A stretch of 64,000 nt of DNA from an uncultured Candidatus Poseidoniales archaeon (GCA_902605365.1 CACLCM010000001.1:6762-70761); one strand, 5' to 3'. Positions 20,178 to 30,355 are shown, numbered from the stretch's first letter. Numbers and translations: made by a program. The notes: generated by a model from the letters alone, not told the origin.

Positions 20178-21143
20178 GTGCGCAATAATGACTGGGATGA
20201 AGACCTCTCCAAAAACACCAAACAACGCCGTAATAACCGTAAAAGGCGTAATTTGGATGCTGACCAAACTCATCTAGACAATGAGTCTTCCAAGTTTGTA
20301 GATAGCCTAGAATCTACCAAAGGAACTGGTTGGATGGCCGATAAGAAATACAATCGAATGTTCACTGAAATCGAGCAAGGTCTTTCAGGAGTATTGGGAG
20401 ATGGACCGTTTGATTGGGTTGACAGAAGAGTATTCGATGCGGTCTTTGACCGTCTAACCTTGATGAGTCTCTACAAATTAATGAAATCTGGAATGATTGA
20501 TACTCTTGATTTCCCAATAGCAAGGGGTAAGGAAGCACATGTATTCCACGGAACTGGAGAGAATGGTCCAGTTGCAGTCAAAATCTTCCATACATCAAAT
20601 GCAGTATTCAAAAATCTGATTCAATACATAGAAGGAGACCCTAGATTTGGAGGATTAAAACGTCGCCATAGAGATTTAGTTGACATTTGGGTGCGCAAAG
20701 AATTCCGAAATTTATCCCGATTAGCAAAATGGGGCCTTGCTGTTCCCAAGCCGATCGGGGTTCACAAAAATGTCTTGGTCATGGAATATCTTGGCACTGA
20801 AACAGCTCCTTCACCGAGACTTCGTGACGTCAATGTGATAGACCCTGAACCAGTGTATCAAGAATTGTTAGAATTCTTAGCCGTCGCATGGCAAAAAGCA
20901 AACATGGTTCACGGTGATTTTTCACCGTACAATATCATGTGGCATGATGACGGACCAGTAGTAATCGATGTTGGCCAATCGGTAGTTCAGTCCCACCCTA
21001 AGAGTCAAGAATTCCTCGTTAGGGATGTTACTAGATTAGTTGAATGGGCTAACAAAAATGGTCTTGATGTTGAATTGGCGGAAGCCATGTATGACGTACT
21101 TGAAATGGACCTCTCTCACGTTGGTCAGACTGAAGAAGAGTGA
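20178..21143 (+). CDS. rio1: RIO1-family Ser/Thr kinase
   Basis: GKEAHVFH, VAVKIF, KEFRNL, VHGDFSPYNI and IDVGQSV. Confidence 0.93.
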   Translation: MRNNDWDEDLSKNTKQRRNNRKRRNLDADQTHLDNESSKFVDSLESTKGTGWMADKKYNRMFTEIEQGLSGVLGDGPFDWVDRRVFDAVFDRLTLMSLYKLMKSGMIDTLDFPIARGKEAHVFHGTGENGPVAVKIFHTSNAVFKNLIQYIEGDPRFGGLKRRHRDLVDIWVRKEFRNLSRLAKWGLAVPKPIGVHKNVLVMEYLGTETAPSPRLRDVNVIDPEPVYQELLEFLAVAWQKANMVHGDFSPYNIMWHDDGPVVIDVGQSVVQSHPKSQEFLVRDVTRLVEWANKNGLDVELAEAMYDVLEMDLSHVGQTEEE

Positions 21144-21190
21144 ACCAGCCTGCATATGGGTTGAAGAAGGATAGGCTTCCCGCTTTGGCT

Positions 21191-21934
21191 ATGCGCCAAT
21201 CACTGCCGCGAGTTCCCCAAGACCGTATTGCGGTCTTAATTGGCGCCAAAGGTGCCACTAGGCGTGAACTTGAAGTCGCTGCAGGATGCAAGAGTCTTCA
21301 GATTGATTCTACAAGTGGTGACATCGATGTTACTTGGCCTGAAGCGGGTGAGTATGACCCTGTTAAGGCTCTAAAATTACCCGATGTAATCAAAGCAGTC
21401 GGAAGAGGAATGGCTCCTAATAGAGCGATTCAATTATTACAAGACGATTGGTTTTTTGAAATGGTTGACCTCAAAGAACACGTCGGAAAAAGGTCGAGTC
21501 AACAGCGCCGAATCCGTGCAAGAATTATCGGTTCTGAAGGTAAAATCAGGAAGATGATTGAGCAACACACTGGTACTGAGATTTCAATTTACAAATCCAC
21601 AGTTGTGCTTGTTGGCGAAGGCTCAGGGCTAATTAGTGCCAGGCAAGCAATCGAGATGTTAGCGAGTGGTAGCGAACATGGAACCGTAATCAAATATCTA
21701 GAGAAAGAGCGCAGAAAGTCAAGAATGGAAGCACGTTCTCTTGATTACATTGTGACCAAAGATGTCTCCGAAGAATCAGAAGATTTCGCCGACCTAGTAC
21801 CTGGTTTGGCAGAAGTATCTCAAAGACGTAATCGAAGGTTGAAAGCGGCACAGGTAGACCCTGAAGATGCTGAAGAAGTATCCTCTATGATGGAATTATC
21901 TGAGGATGAGGAAGTCAGTTGGGAGGAGGAGTGA
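21191..21934 (+). CDS. KH-domain pre-rRNA processing protein (Dim2/Pno1-like)
   Basis: Two KH GxxG loops (IGAKG, IIGSEG); follows RIO1; acidic tail. The ORF is open from 21140. Confidence 0.88.
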   Translation: MRQSLPRVPQDRIAVLIGAKGATRRELEVAAGCKSLQIDSTSGDIDVTWPEAGEYDPVKALKLPDVIKAVGRGMAPNRAIQLLQDDWFFEMVDLKEHVGKRSSQQRRIRARIIGSEGKIRKMIEQHTGTEISIYKSTVVLVGEGSGLISARQAIEMLASGSEHGTVIKYLEKERRKSRMEARSLDYIVTKDVSEESEDFADLVPGLAEVSQRRNRRLKAAQVDPEDAEEVSSMMELSEDEEVSWEEE

Positions 21935-23729
21935 TTTTTCTCCTCTGGAACCAAGTGATTGCGAAACCTGCACACAATAGAGCGATCATTCCTGGAGCGA
22001 ATGATGTCACGACTCCAATTCCACTGACAGTCGCCCCTGTAACCATCATGTGGTGATTATTGTTCGACTCATCTCTCTCATCGATGATATCATTGGGGTC
22101 GATTACTAATCTCAAATCCCATTGTCCAGTGTTAGGAACAACATAGTCCCACATCAATAATTCACAAGTACATTCATCAGAAAGATTGCCCCCTTCAACT
22201 ACAACAGACTGCATTGTAGTCCAATCTACATCTGCACTACGGTCTGCAGGAGCGGCTTGAAGGTAAACTGTTACTGCACCACCATATGCTTGGTTTGCTT
22301 CTAGAAGACTCGTTATTACAATCCCTCCATTGGTATCTCCAGGTCTAACCACTAATCTGTCAACATTGGTTTCTGTTGCATTCCATGATAGGTCCAGGCC
22401 CGGAAGTACTTGGAATGCGGTTGGAATTGTTGTGAGTTGATTACCCGCTTCATCTAATACGACTGCTCTCAACATTAGGTATTGGCGAGACTTTGTGGCC
22501 CATGAAGACAATGGAACAGTTCCATCTAGTCCTGATACTCCCACGTCAATCCATCTCCCCGATTGGTCAGGGGTTGCTCCTACTCCATTCAAATCAAATC
22601 CGTATTGAAGTTTGGAGTTTGGCAAATCAATTCCTGAACCTAGGTCTTGAGCTGCGAACGAGATGTTAGCCGAACCGATGAGACTTGTTGTCAATTCATC
22701 AACAGTCCAGCCCAAACCTTCAGGCTCACTAACATCGACCTTGATGTCTACATCGATGGAGTCTCCAACGTTCCCAACCTTGTCGACAGCTCGCATAGAG
22801 ATCACGTGTTCTCCTTCATCAAAAACGAGAGTTACACTTGATGTAGATACATCACTCCAAATGCCATCTCGCAAAATTTGCACATATGATAAACCAGAAC
22901 CGCTGCCATCATCGGTAGCGTCATCCAAACCTGAAATAGTTACTGAGTTGCTATCAGTCCATTCTTCTCCCTCACCAATAATTGGTGTAGACATTGTAGG
23001 TGATGTTCTATCTATTCCAATGAACATAGTTTTGCTTACAGATAGTCCTGAGCCATCCCATACGGTCAGCCTTGGATTGTATGTTCCTTCAGAGAGGGAA
23101 CCGGTATTCCAATCCCATCCATATGCAATAGTTCCCGGTCCATCATCGCTAGGCGTACCTGGCCCGGGGACATTAGCAAGACTAGCATGTGTTAAATCGT
23201 CATCCATTGCAGCCCAAGAGAAACCCAATGTTGCATTCGCATCTAGCGAATACCAGGCTCTGTCAATAGCTGTAGTTCCACTTCCAACTCCAGTGTTAGA
23301 CAATGTGAATGATGTGATAATCGGGACTTGATTAACGATATCAAATTCTCCGCTGGTAAACCAAGTAGTGTGATTATTAGCAGTTGAGTCCCATGCTCTT
23401 GCTCTAAATGTCCAACTTCCATTTGCATAATCTGTTGTATCGATATGAGTTAGCCAAGGTGTCGTAGTTAGATTGGCTACTGTATCCCAATTGCTGCTAT
23501 CTGATGAAATTTCAATTTCGATACTAGATAATACTCCACTTCCAGTTGAAGAGAAACTCAGAGTGAATAGTCCCTTCACATCTTCACCTTGGGAAGGACC
23601 GTTAGAGAACACCAATTGTATGTCGCTTTCAGCAAATTTGACTTGTTTAGAATCAGCAAGAAGCATATCTCCGCTTTGCCCAATAGTCATGATGACTACG
23701 ACCAGAAGTACAGAGATGAATCGCCTCAT
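21915..23729 (-). CDS. Secreted, membrane-anchored Ig-like/CARDB protein
   Basis: Signal peptide, 'RAVDKVGN' and 'DEAGN' Ig-like repeats, CARDB 'IDPNDIIDERDESNN', C-terminal TM plus RRK. Confidence 0.7.
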   Translation of the reverse strand: MRRFISVLLVVVIMTIGQSGDMLLADSKQVKFAESDIQLVFSNGPSQGEDVKGLFTLSFSSTGSGVLSSIEIEISSDSSNWDTVANLTTTPWLTHIDTTDYANGSWTFRARAWDSTANNHTTWFTSGEFDIVNQVPIITSFTLSNTGVGSGTTAIDRAWYSLDANATLGFSWAAMDDDLTHASLANVPGPGTPSDDGPGTIAYGWDWNTGSLSEGTYNPRLTVWDGSGLSVSKTMFIGIDRTSPTMSTPIIGEGEEWTDSNSVTISGLDDATDDGSGSGLSYVQILRDGIWSDVSTSSVTLVFDEGEHVISMRAVDKVGNVGDSIDVDIKVDVSEPEGLGWTVDELTTSLIGSANISFAAQDLGSGIDLPNSKLQYGFDLNGVGATPDQSGRWIDVGVSGLDGTVPLSSWATKSRQYLMLRAVVLDEAGNQLTTIPTAFQVLPGLDLSWNATETNVDRLVVRPGDTNGGIVITSLLEANQAYGGAVTVYLQAAPADRSADVDWTTMQSVVVEGGNLSDECTCELLMWDYVVPNTGQWDLRLVIDPNDIIDERDESNNNHHMMVTGATVSGIGVVTSFAPGMIALLCAGFAITWFQRRKITPPPN

Positions 23730-23870
23730 CAAACACCTGACATCACCACTCGCCCTTGAATGCTCGCATTGCAACACCCCCCTACGGGGTGTGTTGTCTA
23801 TTGTTAATATGCAGCCGAGGAGGTTATCTTAATCGGTTGTTTCAAGTGCTACCCGCCGCCTCTTGGATTC

Positions 23871-26654
23871 ATGGCAAGGCCAACTGTGACCACTCTAATC
23901 CTCGCAATGATGGTTCTCGCAGTCATGCCATTGTCAGTAAGTGCTGAAGATAGTGGTGGAGTTCAGGCTTCATCTTCGACTGTTTCTATCTCTCCTTCCG
24001 ATCCTGTCGAAGGTAGTTCAATCACAATTCGCCTCACGATGTATAATGACAACAATTTTGCTGTAGATGATGTACTGTACAAGTTTTATTGGGATGGAGT
24101 AGCATCGAATAAGTTGATTGTTGCCGATACAGTTGACATACCGGCAAAATCTACAATCGATGTTGAAGTTGTGAAGTCTGGCTTAACCGTTGGTGAACAC
24201 AAAGTATGGATTACTTTCGATTCAACCGGTTCAGATGAACAAATGTTCTTCACTGAAATAATGGTATCTGGCTTAGCCGACCTAGAGGTAACGTCAATTT
24301 CTACAAGCCCGGAATCTGTTTATTCTGGCGATTCAGTTGAAATATCAACTTTGGTCAGTAATACTGGCTCCGAAGATGCAGAAGCTAGTCGTTTGCAATT
24401 AGATTTGGACAGTCAAACTGAGATTCTAGATGTCCCTTCAATATTAGCAGGAGAAGATGTGTGGGTAAATCACACACTAATCGCTCCTGCTGCTGGAGAT
24501 TACGATGTTGAGGTTACAGTTGATTTAGATGATGCAGTTATTGAGGCTGATGAGAACAACCAATTTTCTAATTCACTTTCTGTTAATGCAAGAATGGATT
24601 TGTCACACGTAGGGGACTTGTCGATTGAAATCGAGTCTGGGAGTATACAGGGCCCTTGGGTTATTTCTGGTGTCTTGAAAAGAACTGGTGGAGAAGGGAC
24701 TACACAAGTGCCAATGAAACTGGAGATTCTAGACCAAAATAGTCAGAGCCTTCCTTTGCCGATATTTTACGTAAACCTCACAGGCGGGGAATCGGTTCAA
24801 CAATCATGGTCATATGACCTAATCTATGATTACGTCTCAGTATTGGCTCCAGGTAACCATCAGGTTACAGTGATAATAGATCCATTTACCTCTGCTAACT
24901 TCACTCAAGAATCGACAAATAATGACAGAATATCTGGGTATTTTGACAAGTATGATGTTCCTGACGTTTCAGTAGACCCATACGCATCACCGTCCAAGCC
25001 TTCGGTAACAAGTGGCAATAATGTCGACTGGACAGTAACAATCGCAAACTCTGGACAAATTGAGGTCAAGGGATATCTGATATACACGTGGGAAGGGCAA
25101 ACTTCCAGTGAGTCTTCTGATTCTATTATTACAATTCAAGCCGGAGACACTCACATTTGGCAACGCACATTGTCAACAGAAAGCGGGGCTCATACAGCAG
25201 AGTTTGAAGCACAGTGGGTTCCTTTGTCTAGTTCATATGATGCAAATCCTTTGAATTCTTATGCCAACGGTAGCATAGAAGTAACTGCTCAACTAAAATT
25301 GACATGGTCGAAAACCTCGATGTCTCTTGTTGATTCAACAGGAGAGCCAGCTTCAACACCATTGATGGCTGGTGATGAGTATACAGTTTCAATCAAAGTA
25401 GCCTCCCAAGAGACAGGTTCGGTGAACTATTCTTGCGAAAATGGCTTGGGAGTAGTATTCGAGGTAATTACAATCGATGTCACAGAGGGTGGCCAAATCT
25501 TCACTATTGAATGTACATTTACAGCAGATGCACCATTTACAAACATAGACCTAAGGCCAAGTAATTTGGATGTTAGCGGAGTCCAAACATGGAATTGGGA
25601 TACCAAGGAGTCAAGCAATAATGTGGCTGATGAAGTAGGAGATATGACCTTCCAAACCGCTGGAATGATCGCATTAATCTGTCTCGTTCTAATTGCAGTA
25701 TTAGTTGCAGCAGTAATTCTAACCAGGGAAACAGAGGAAGAAGTTGAGAGAGACATCTTTGACTATTGTCCCGCTTGTGATGCAGAACTGGATGACGGAG
25801 TTGACAGATGTCATTCATGTGGATTCAATTTGAAGAAAGCAAGAAAGCAATTCCACGATTGTGATGCTTGTGGTGAATCTATACCAGATTTGCTTTCTGA
25901 TTGTCCATATTGTGGTTCATCCCAAGATGTCTCCAAATATTTCGAAAGGCGCGAACAGAAGGTTGTCGAGAAGAAAACAATCGCTCTTGTCGAAGAAGAA
26001 GAAATCGACCCAGAGACAATTCATGCTGCAGGATATGAAGGGTTTGACGAAGCGGTCAAGGAATTCGGTTATGATTCAGATGACTTAGAAGAACACTGGG
26101 ATGAGGGAATTGCAAAAGCAGAGGCTGAAGTTGAAGCCGCTTATGACCGTAGAGTAGCATCTGAATACGAATTCGATCCGGATGACGAAGAAGCCATGTC
26201 GGTGGTTACTACTACCTTGAAATCAATAGATGAGACCTTCAAAGGGCACGATATTGATGCAATTCTAGATGAAAAGAATATCAAGGCTCATTTGGATGAT
26301 GGCAGCGAATTAAGCGCCAGCGATGCAGATATTCGTGGAAGGCTATTCGAAATAACAGGCGAAGAAGGAGTAATGCCTGGAGATGAAGTTAACATCGGTA
26401 TGGGAATACAAGATCGTTCACTTGCAGGAAATGTTCTTCCTGAAGAAGCAATGGATTTCTCATTCGATGAAGAAGTGGTCGATGAAGAAGCCGACGAAGT
26501 AAATCCAGTCGCTGCTGCTGCCGCTGAAACCAAGAGACGCCGAGGTGTAAGGCGCAGGTCTAAGCAAGCCAAGACCGCAGAGTGTGGTGCTTGTGGTGCG
26601 GAAATTGCGGCTGATGCCAACGAATGTGCTACATGCGGCGCTAAGTTCGAGTAA
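23871..26654 (+). CDS. CARDB-domain membrane protein with cytoplasmic zinc ribbons and acidic region
   Basis: Signal peptide, CARDB repeats, TM near residue 600, then CPAC/CHSC/CDAC/CPYC and terminal CGAC/CATC pairs. Confidence 0.75.
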   Translation: MARPTVTTLILAMMVLAVMPLSVSAEDSGGVQASSSTVSISPSDPVEGSSITIRLTMYNDNNFAVDDVLYKFYWDGVASNKLIVADTVDIPAKSTIDVEVVKSGLTVGEHKVWITFDSTGSDEQMFFTEIMVSGLADLEVTSISTSPESVYSGDSVEISTLVSNTGSEDAEASRLQLDLDSQTEILDVPSILAGEDVWVNHTLIAPAAGDYDVEVTVDLDDAVIEADENNQFSNSLSVNARMDLSHVGDLSIEIESGSIQGPWVISGVLKRTGGEGTTQVPMKLEILDQNSQSLPLPIFYVNLTGGESVQQSWSYDLIYDYVSVLAPGNHQVTVIIDPFTSANFTQESTNNDRISGYFDKYDVPDVSVDPYASPSKPSVTSGNNVDWTVTIANSGQIEVKGYLIYTWEGQTSSESSDSIITIQAGDTHIWQRTLSTESGAHTAEFEAQWVPLSSSYDANPLNSYANGSIEVTAQLKLTWSKTSMSLVDSTGEPASTPLMAGDEYTVSIKVASQETGSVNYSCENGLGVVFEVITIDVTEGGQIFTIECTFTADAPFTNIDLRPSNLDVSGVQTWNWDTKESSNNVADEVGDMTFQTAGMIALICLVLIAVLVAAVILTRETEEEVERDIFDYCPACDAELDDGVDRCHSCGFNLKKARKQFHDCDACGESIPDLLSDCPYCGSSQDVSKYFERREQKVVEKKTIALVEEEEIDPETIHAAGYEGFDEAVKEFGYDSDDLEEHWDEGIAKAEAEVEAAYDRRVASEYEFDPDDEEAMSVVTTTLKSIDETFKGHDIDAILDEKNIKAHLDDGSELSASDADIRGRLFEITGEEGVMPGDEVNIGMGIQDRSLAGNVLPEEAMDFSFDEEVVDEEADEVNPVAAAAAETKRRRGVRRRSKQAKTAECGACGAEIAADANECATCGAKFE

Positions 26655-26657
26655 TGA

Positions 26658-26725
26658 TGCCTGTCAGTACTCACAGGGTTCGTCATCGCGTAAGCTCGGC
26701 TGACCCTCTTGACTTCATTCAGGCA
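26658..26725 (-). ncRNA. Box C/D 2'-O-methylation guide sRNA, probably sR-tMet-like
   Basis: Minus strand reads UGCCUG-A-AUGAAGU(C)-CAAGAGGGUCAG-CCGA(D')-GCUUACGCG-AUGACGA(C')-ACCCUGUGAGUA-CUGA(D)-CAGGCA. It has a 6-bp terminal stem, two 12-nt guides and a TTTGAA box ~25 nt upstream (26750-26755). Confidence 0.78.
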
Positions 26726-26799
26726 AATGTGTCTAAACATCGCACACCCTTCAAACCATCGAGGGGTTTTATTGATAGATTATAGGATAGTGGAGTGGT

Positions 26800-27366
26800 A
26801 TGATGAGACCTCGTAAGGCAATGTCTGCTTTCGTCATGCTGGCCATTCTAATGGCGTCCAGCATGGGGTGCATCGGACTTGTTCCTGCTCGTGAATTCAT
26901 GGAAGACCTTCGTGAACCTCCACAGTTGATTCAGGAAATTGAACGAATAAATGTCGACCACGTATTTGTTACAGATATTACCGATATCACATATAGTACA
27001 AACTATACCAACTCTTTCTATTTTGAGGTCGATTCAGATGTTTCAGAAATCAGTGCTTACATCACTGCGGCTATGGCTCTTGACTTGGTCATACCAGTTC
27101 CGACCGAAGTAAGATATGTCAAAGCAGTACTAACCGATGCTGACGGAAATCAAATTTGGTATGAGGAGTTAACCGAAACCAAAAGGCCAGCCGTAGCAAC
27201 ATTTCAACAGCCTCTTGCTGAGGGGACCTGGACATTATATGTTGATGCTAGAGGATATGGAGAAGAAATTGGTAATCTCTACAAAGATTCCTTCCAAGTT
27301 TTGATCAAAGTCGATAGGTACTGTTGGGAGTACCATGGTGAAGAAGGCTGCACCTATGACGATTAG
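26800..27366 (+). CDS. Putative lipoprotein
   Basis: Basic N-terminus, hydrophobic stretch and 'SMGC' lipobox-like motif. Confidence 0.6.
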   Translation: MMRPRKAMSAFVMLAILMASSMGCIGLVPAREFMEDLREPPQLIQEIERINVDHVFVTDITDITYSTNYTNSFYFEVDSDVSEISAYITAAMALDLVIPVPTEVRYVKAVLTDADGNQIWYEELTETKRPAVATFQQPLAEGTWTLYVDARGYGEEIGNLYKDSFQVLIKVDRYCWEYHGEEGCTYDD

Positions 27367-28541
27367 ACTAGTCTAGAGTCACAAGCATATCTTCTAGAAC
27401 AACTTTCGCACTTTCCTTTGCGATTATGATTTCTTTCCGCCCCGCCTTCAGTCATCAATCTTTGAATTTCTTTGACGGCAGAAAAGAGGGAATGCTTGTT
27501 TGAGTCATTCCAATCAATCGAATGTAGGTTTTCACTTCCATACCTCAGCACTCCATAAGGAGGTTTTCTACCAGTTGTAGATTCGACCAAATGGAGATAG
27601 GCCAATAACTGCATTTTGTGGGACTTGTGAGGGCTCTTCGGTATCTTTCCAGTCTTTTGCTCAACAGGGATAAATTCACCCTCGACGATGACAATTTGAT
27701 CTGGTCTTCCCCGTAGCCCAGTAAAACCATCAACTAAGAGTCCAGCCTTTGATTCATCATCCGAATAAGTTACTTCAATATCTGCTTCGATACCAGCTTC
27801 CATTCTAGCAACTTCCAGCGCATTATCGGCAAGCAGTGCTCTCTGCAATTGCCAAGAAGCGAGCAGTGTCCATAGCATTGCCATAGATACCAAAATAAAT
27901 CCAGCTTGTTCCTTATCTGCCGCCCAAGTCAAGCCAATTGCGTGAAGGCCAAATATGGTGGCTCCCATTAGCAAACCGGCTTCGACCCTTCCACCTTGCC
28001 CCCATCCGCCAATAAATCCGTACGGCTGAAATGTGTTAGGAAGAATTGTATCATCTAGGTTTTTTAAATCATCAAATTCATTGGTCCTTTGAATCGGATT
28101 ATCAAACCATTTTCTCCACGGGAGATATACTGCAATCAGTCCTAAAAACAGCCAAACTATCGCTAAAATAGTTAGATATCTTGCAACATCCTCTGGAGCT
28201 CTAGTATTGGAAATAGTCATGAAAATTATTGCATCTGAAATGAAAATAATGATTATCGCGAACCACCATGACCAAATCACTAATGCTCTTTTCAATTCAT
28301 TTTGTTTTTGTTTGAAACCAGATACTTTTTGATGTATTTCAGCATGCTTTTCTCTACCTGCAGAAATTGCATCTCCTCGTCCCGTTTTACCATCTCGGGC
28401 CAATGCCCAAGACAGCGGACAATATGCGTGCCTCTCCAAATCACTAGCGGAAACATGGAGAGCATCACCTTCCTTATTGCGCCAAAAACCATCATCGCTT
28501 TCAACTGCGATTACGGATTCATTGGCTCTCTCAGTAGTCAC
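27363..28541 (-). CDS. Solo Cas4-like (RecB/PD-(D/E)xK, Fe-S) nuclease with four inserted TM helices
   Basis: N-terminal VSASDLERHAYCP; motifs GRPD, VEQKTG and QLLAY; C-terminal CESCSRRYAC; four hydrophobic helices between the first Cys and the nuclease core. Confidence 0.85.
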   Translation of the reverse strand: MTTERANESVIAVESDDGFWRNKEGDALHVSASDLERHAYCPLSWALARDGKTGRGDAISAGREKHAEIHQKVSGFKQKQNELKRALVIWSWWFAIIIIFISDAIIFMTISNTRAPEDVARYLTILAIVWLFLGLIAVYLPWRKWFDNPIQRTNEFDDLKNLDDTILPNTFQPYGFIGGWGQGGRVEAGLLMGATIFGLHAIGLTWAADKEQAGFILVSMAMLWTLLASWQLQRALLADNALEVARMEAGIEADIEVTYSDDESKAGLLVDGFTGLRGRPDQIVIVEGEFIPVEQKTGKIPKSPHKSHKMQLLAYLHLVESTTGRKPPYGVLRYGSENLHSIDWNDSNKHSLFSAVKEIQRLMTEGGAERNHNRKGKCESCSRRYACDSRLV

Positions 28542-28700
28542 TAAAGGCCCCCTACTCTACATCCTGAGGGTCGATTGCCATCAAGGTTACCCCGGTATGT
28601 TGAAATCCGATTTCGCTATACTGCGCCTTGAAACCAACATTACCTCGGACGAAGCGGTTATTTAGGGGTGGATGGTGGCCCGAATGCTGGAGTCAATACT

Positions 28701-29300
28701 ATGACTGAACTTCTTATCGACCGTGAAACCTATGAGACACATGCTGTTCACATTGGTACTCAACAAAAGAGCGCAGATATGGCACAATTTATTCAAGAGG
28801 TTCGCTCTGATGGATTGTACCTGATTGATATCGAAATCACAGATAGCAGAATACGTGCAATCTCTCAATTCCTTGGTCGCTACAATGCAGCCAACATCAT
28901 GGTTGTCAGTGCCCGCCAATACGGACAGCGCCCAGCACGCATGTTCGCAGAGGCAATCGGCGCAAGAGCCAGCGTAGGTCGTTTCATTCCAGGGAGTCTG
29001 ACCAATCCTGCTCTACGTTCCTACGTAGAACCTGATATGCTGTTCGTTACAGATCCTGCAGCAGACCAGCAAGCACTACGTGAAGCTGTAAACACAGGAC
29101 TTCCAATCGTTGGAATCTGTGATGCTAACAACAATCTTCGAAATGTCGACCTAGCACTACCTGCTAACAACAAGGGTCGCAAATCCCTTTCTCTTCTTTA
29201 CTGGATTCTAGCACGTGAAGTTTTGAAAGCACGTGGAGAGACAACTGACGAGGCATGGGCAGAAGCTCAAGACCTAGAAGACTGGGAATCTACTTTCTAA
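28701..29300 (+). CDS. rps2: 30S ribosomal protein uS2
   Basis: VHIGTQQK, GRFIPGSLTNP, VTDP and PANNKG. Confidence 0.96.
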   Translation: MTELLIDRETYETHAVHIGTQQKSADMAQFIQEVRSDGLYLIDIEITDSRIRAISQFLGRYNAANIMVVSARQYGQRPARMFAEAIGARASVGRFIPGSLTNPALRSYVEPDMLFVTDPAADQQALREAVNTGLPIVGICDANNNLRNVDLALPANNKGRKSLSLLYWILAREVLKARGETTDEAWAEAQDLEDWESTF

Positions 29301-29329
29301 GTAAGTCCAACCCCCTAGGGTGATGAAAG

Positions 29330-30355
29330 ATGAGTGCTTTCATCCTGCCCAAGCCAGGTGAATGGGATGGAGATGTTCGTCCTCTATTCTTAGCACCAAT
29401 GTCTGGAGTGACCGATTTAGCATATCGGCTACTTGCTAAGGAGTGCGGTGCAGATTTTACAATTACAGAATTTACTAATTCTACAGCACTGACTCGTGAT
29501 GCTGCAACTTCGTGGAGGAAAATGGAGACGTGTGAAGCAGAGAATCCGTTTATTCCTCAAATCTTTGGCGGAGTTTCCAAAGACATGGCTCTAGCATCAG
29601 AACTGTTGTCTGATAGTGCGGACATCATCGACCTAAATTTTGGATGTCCCGCCCCTAAGATCACCAAAATATGTGCAGGCGCCGCATTGATGGGCCAACC
29701 TGAAAACTTGGTTTCGATGTGTGAAGAAGTCGTTGACAGAGTAGATATTCCTGTCACTGCCAAAATGCGTTTAGGAACAGGGCAAGGCGATTTTAACGCG
29801 AAAGAAATTTGTCAGGAACTTGAGCATGTTGGAATACAGCGTCTGTGTGTACATGGCAGAACTCTCAAGCAGAGATACTCAGGTGTTGCAGATTGGGATT
29901 ACATTACTAGCGTTGTAGAGTCAGTAGAATTACCAGTCATAGCAAATGGAGACGTGGTTGATTCGGATTCCGCTAAGGCATGTCTTAGTCAAACCAATGC
30001 TGCAGGATTGATGATAGGCAGAGGAGCAATTGGGCGACCTTCAATTTTTGGAGAAATTAAAGTTGGTTTAGGGTGGATGGAAAAAGAAGACCTTCCATGG
30101 ATAAAAGCCCATGAAGGAAACTGGGAAAATCTTACAGAAACAGCTCAGCAATTTGCAACTCGAAGATGGTGTTGGAATCGTTACATTGAGTTGGCTAGAG
30201 AGACTACAGGACTGGAACTAAAATCGATGCGAGGACATGCAGTATCTTTCACTAAGGGGTTACCTAGCGCAAAGAAAATCCGTAGTATAATGCATGGTAA
30301 AACTAGCAAAGAAGAATTCGCTGCAGCAACTAGTGACTTCCTAGCATCAAACTGA
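29330..30355 (+). CDS. dusB: tRNA-dihydrouridine synthase (DusB-like)
   Basis: LAPMSGVTD, IDLNFGCP, VTAKMRLG, VHGRT, IANGDV and MIGRGA. Confidence 0.92.
   Translation: MSAFILPKPGEWDGDVRPLFLAPMSGVTDLAYRLLAKECGADFTITEFTNSTALTRDAATSWRKMETCEAENPFIPQIFGGVSKDMALASELLSDSADIIDLNFGCPAPKITKICAGAALMGQPENLVSMCEEVVDRVDIPVTAKMRLGTGQGDFNAKEICQELEHVGIQRLCVHGRTLKQRYSGVADWDYITSVVESVELPVIANGDVVDSDSAKACLSQTNAAGLMIGRGAIGRPSIFGEIKVGLGWMEKEDLPWIKAHEGNWENLTETAQQFATRRWCWNRYIELARETTGLELKSMRGHAVSFTKGLPSAKKIRSIMHGKTSKEEFAAATSDFLASN

Noticed and set aside
22663..23331. 222-aa + strand ORF and many other short antisense ORFs in the track
   Set aside because: They are shadows on the opposite strand of well-supported genes, with Ser/Ile/Pro-rich antisense composition and no motifs.
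26658..26725. tRNA or plus-strand hairpin RNA
   Set aside because: No cloverleaf or T-loop. The minus strand has a complete C/D'/C'/D box set and a promoter.
29330..30355. dusA-associated integrase island disrupting dus
   Set aside because: dusB is intact, I saw no duplicated dus fragment, and no integrase is present. The island lies downstream of the stop.
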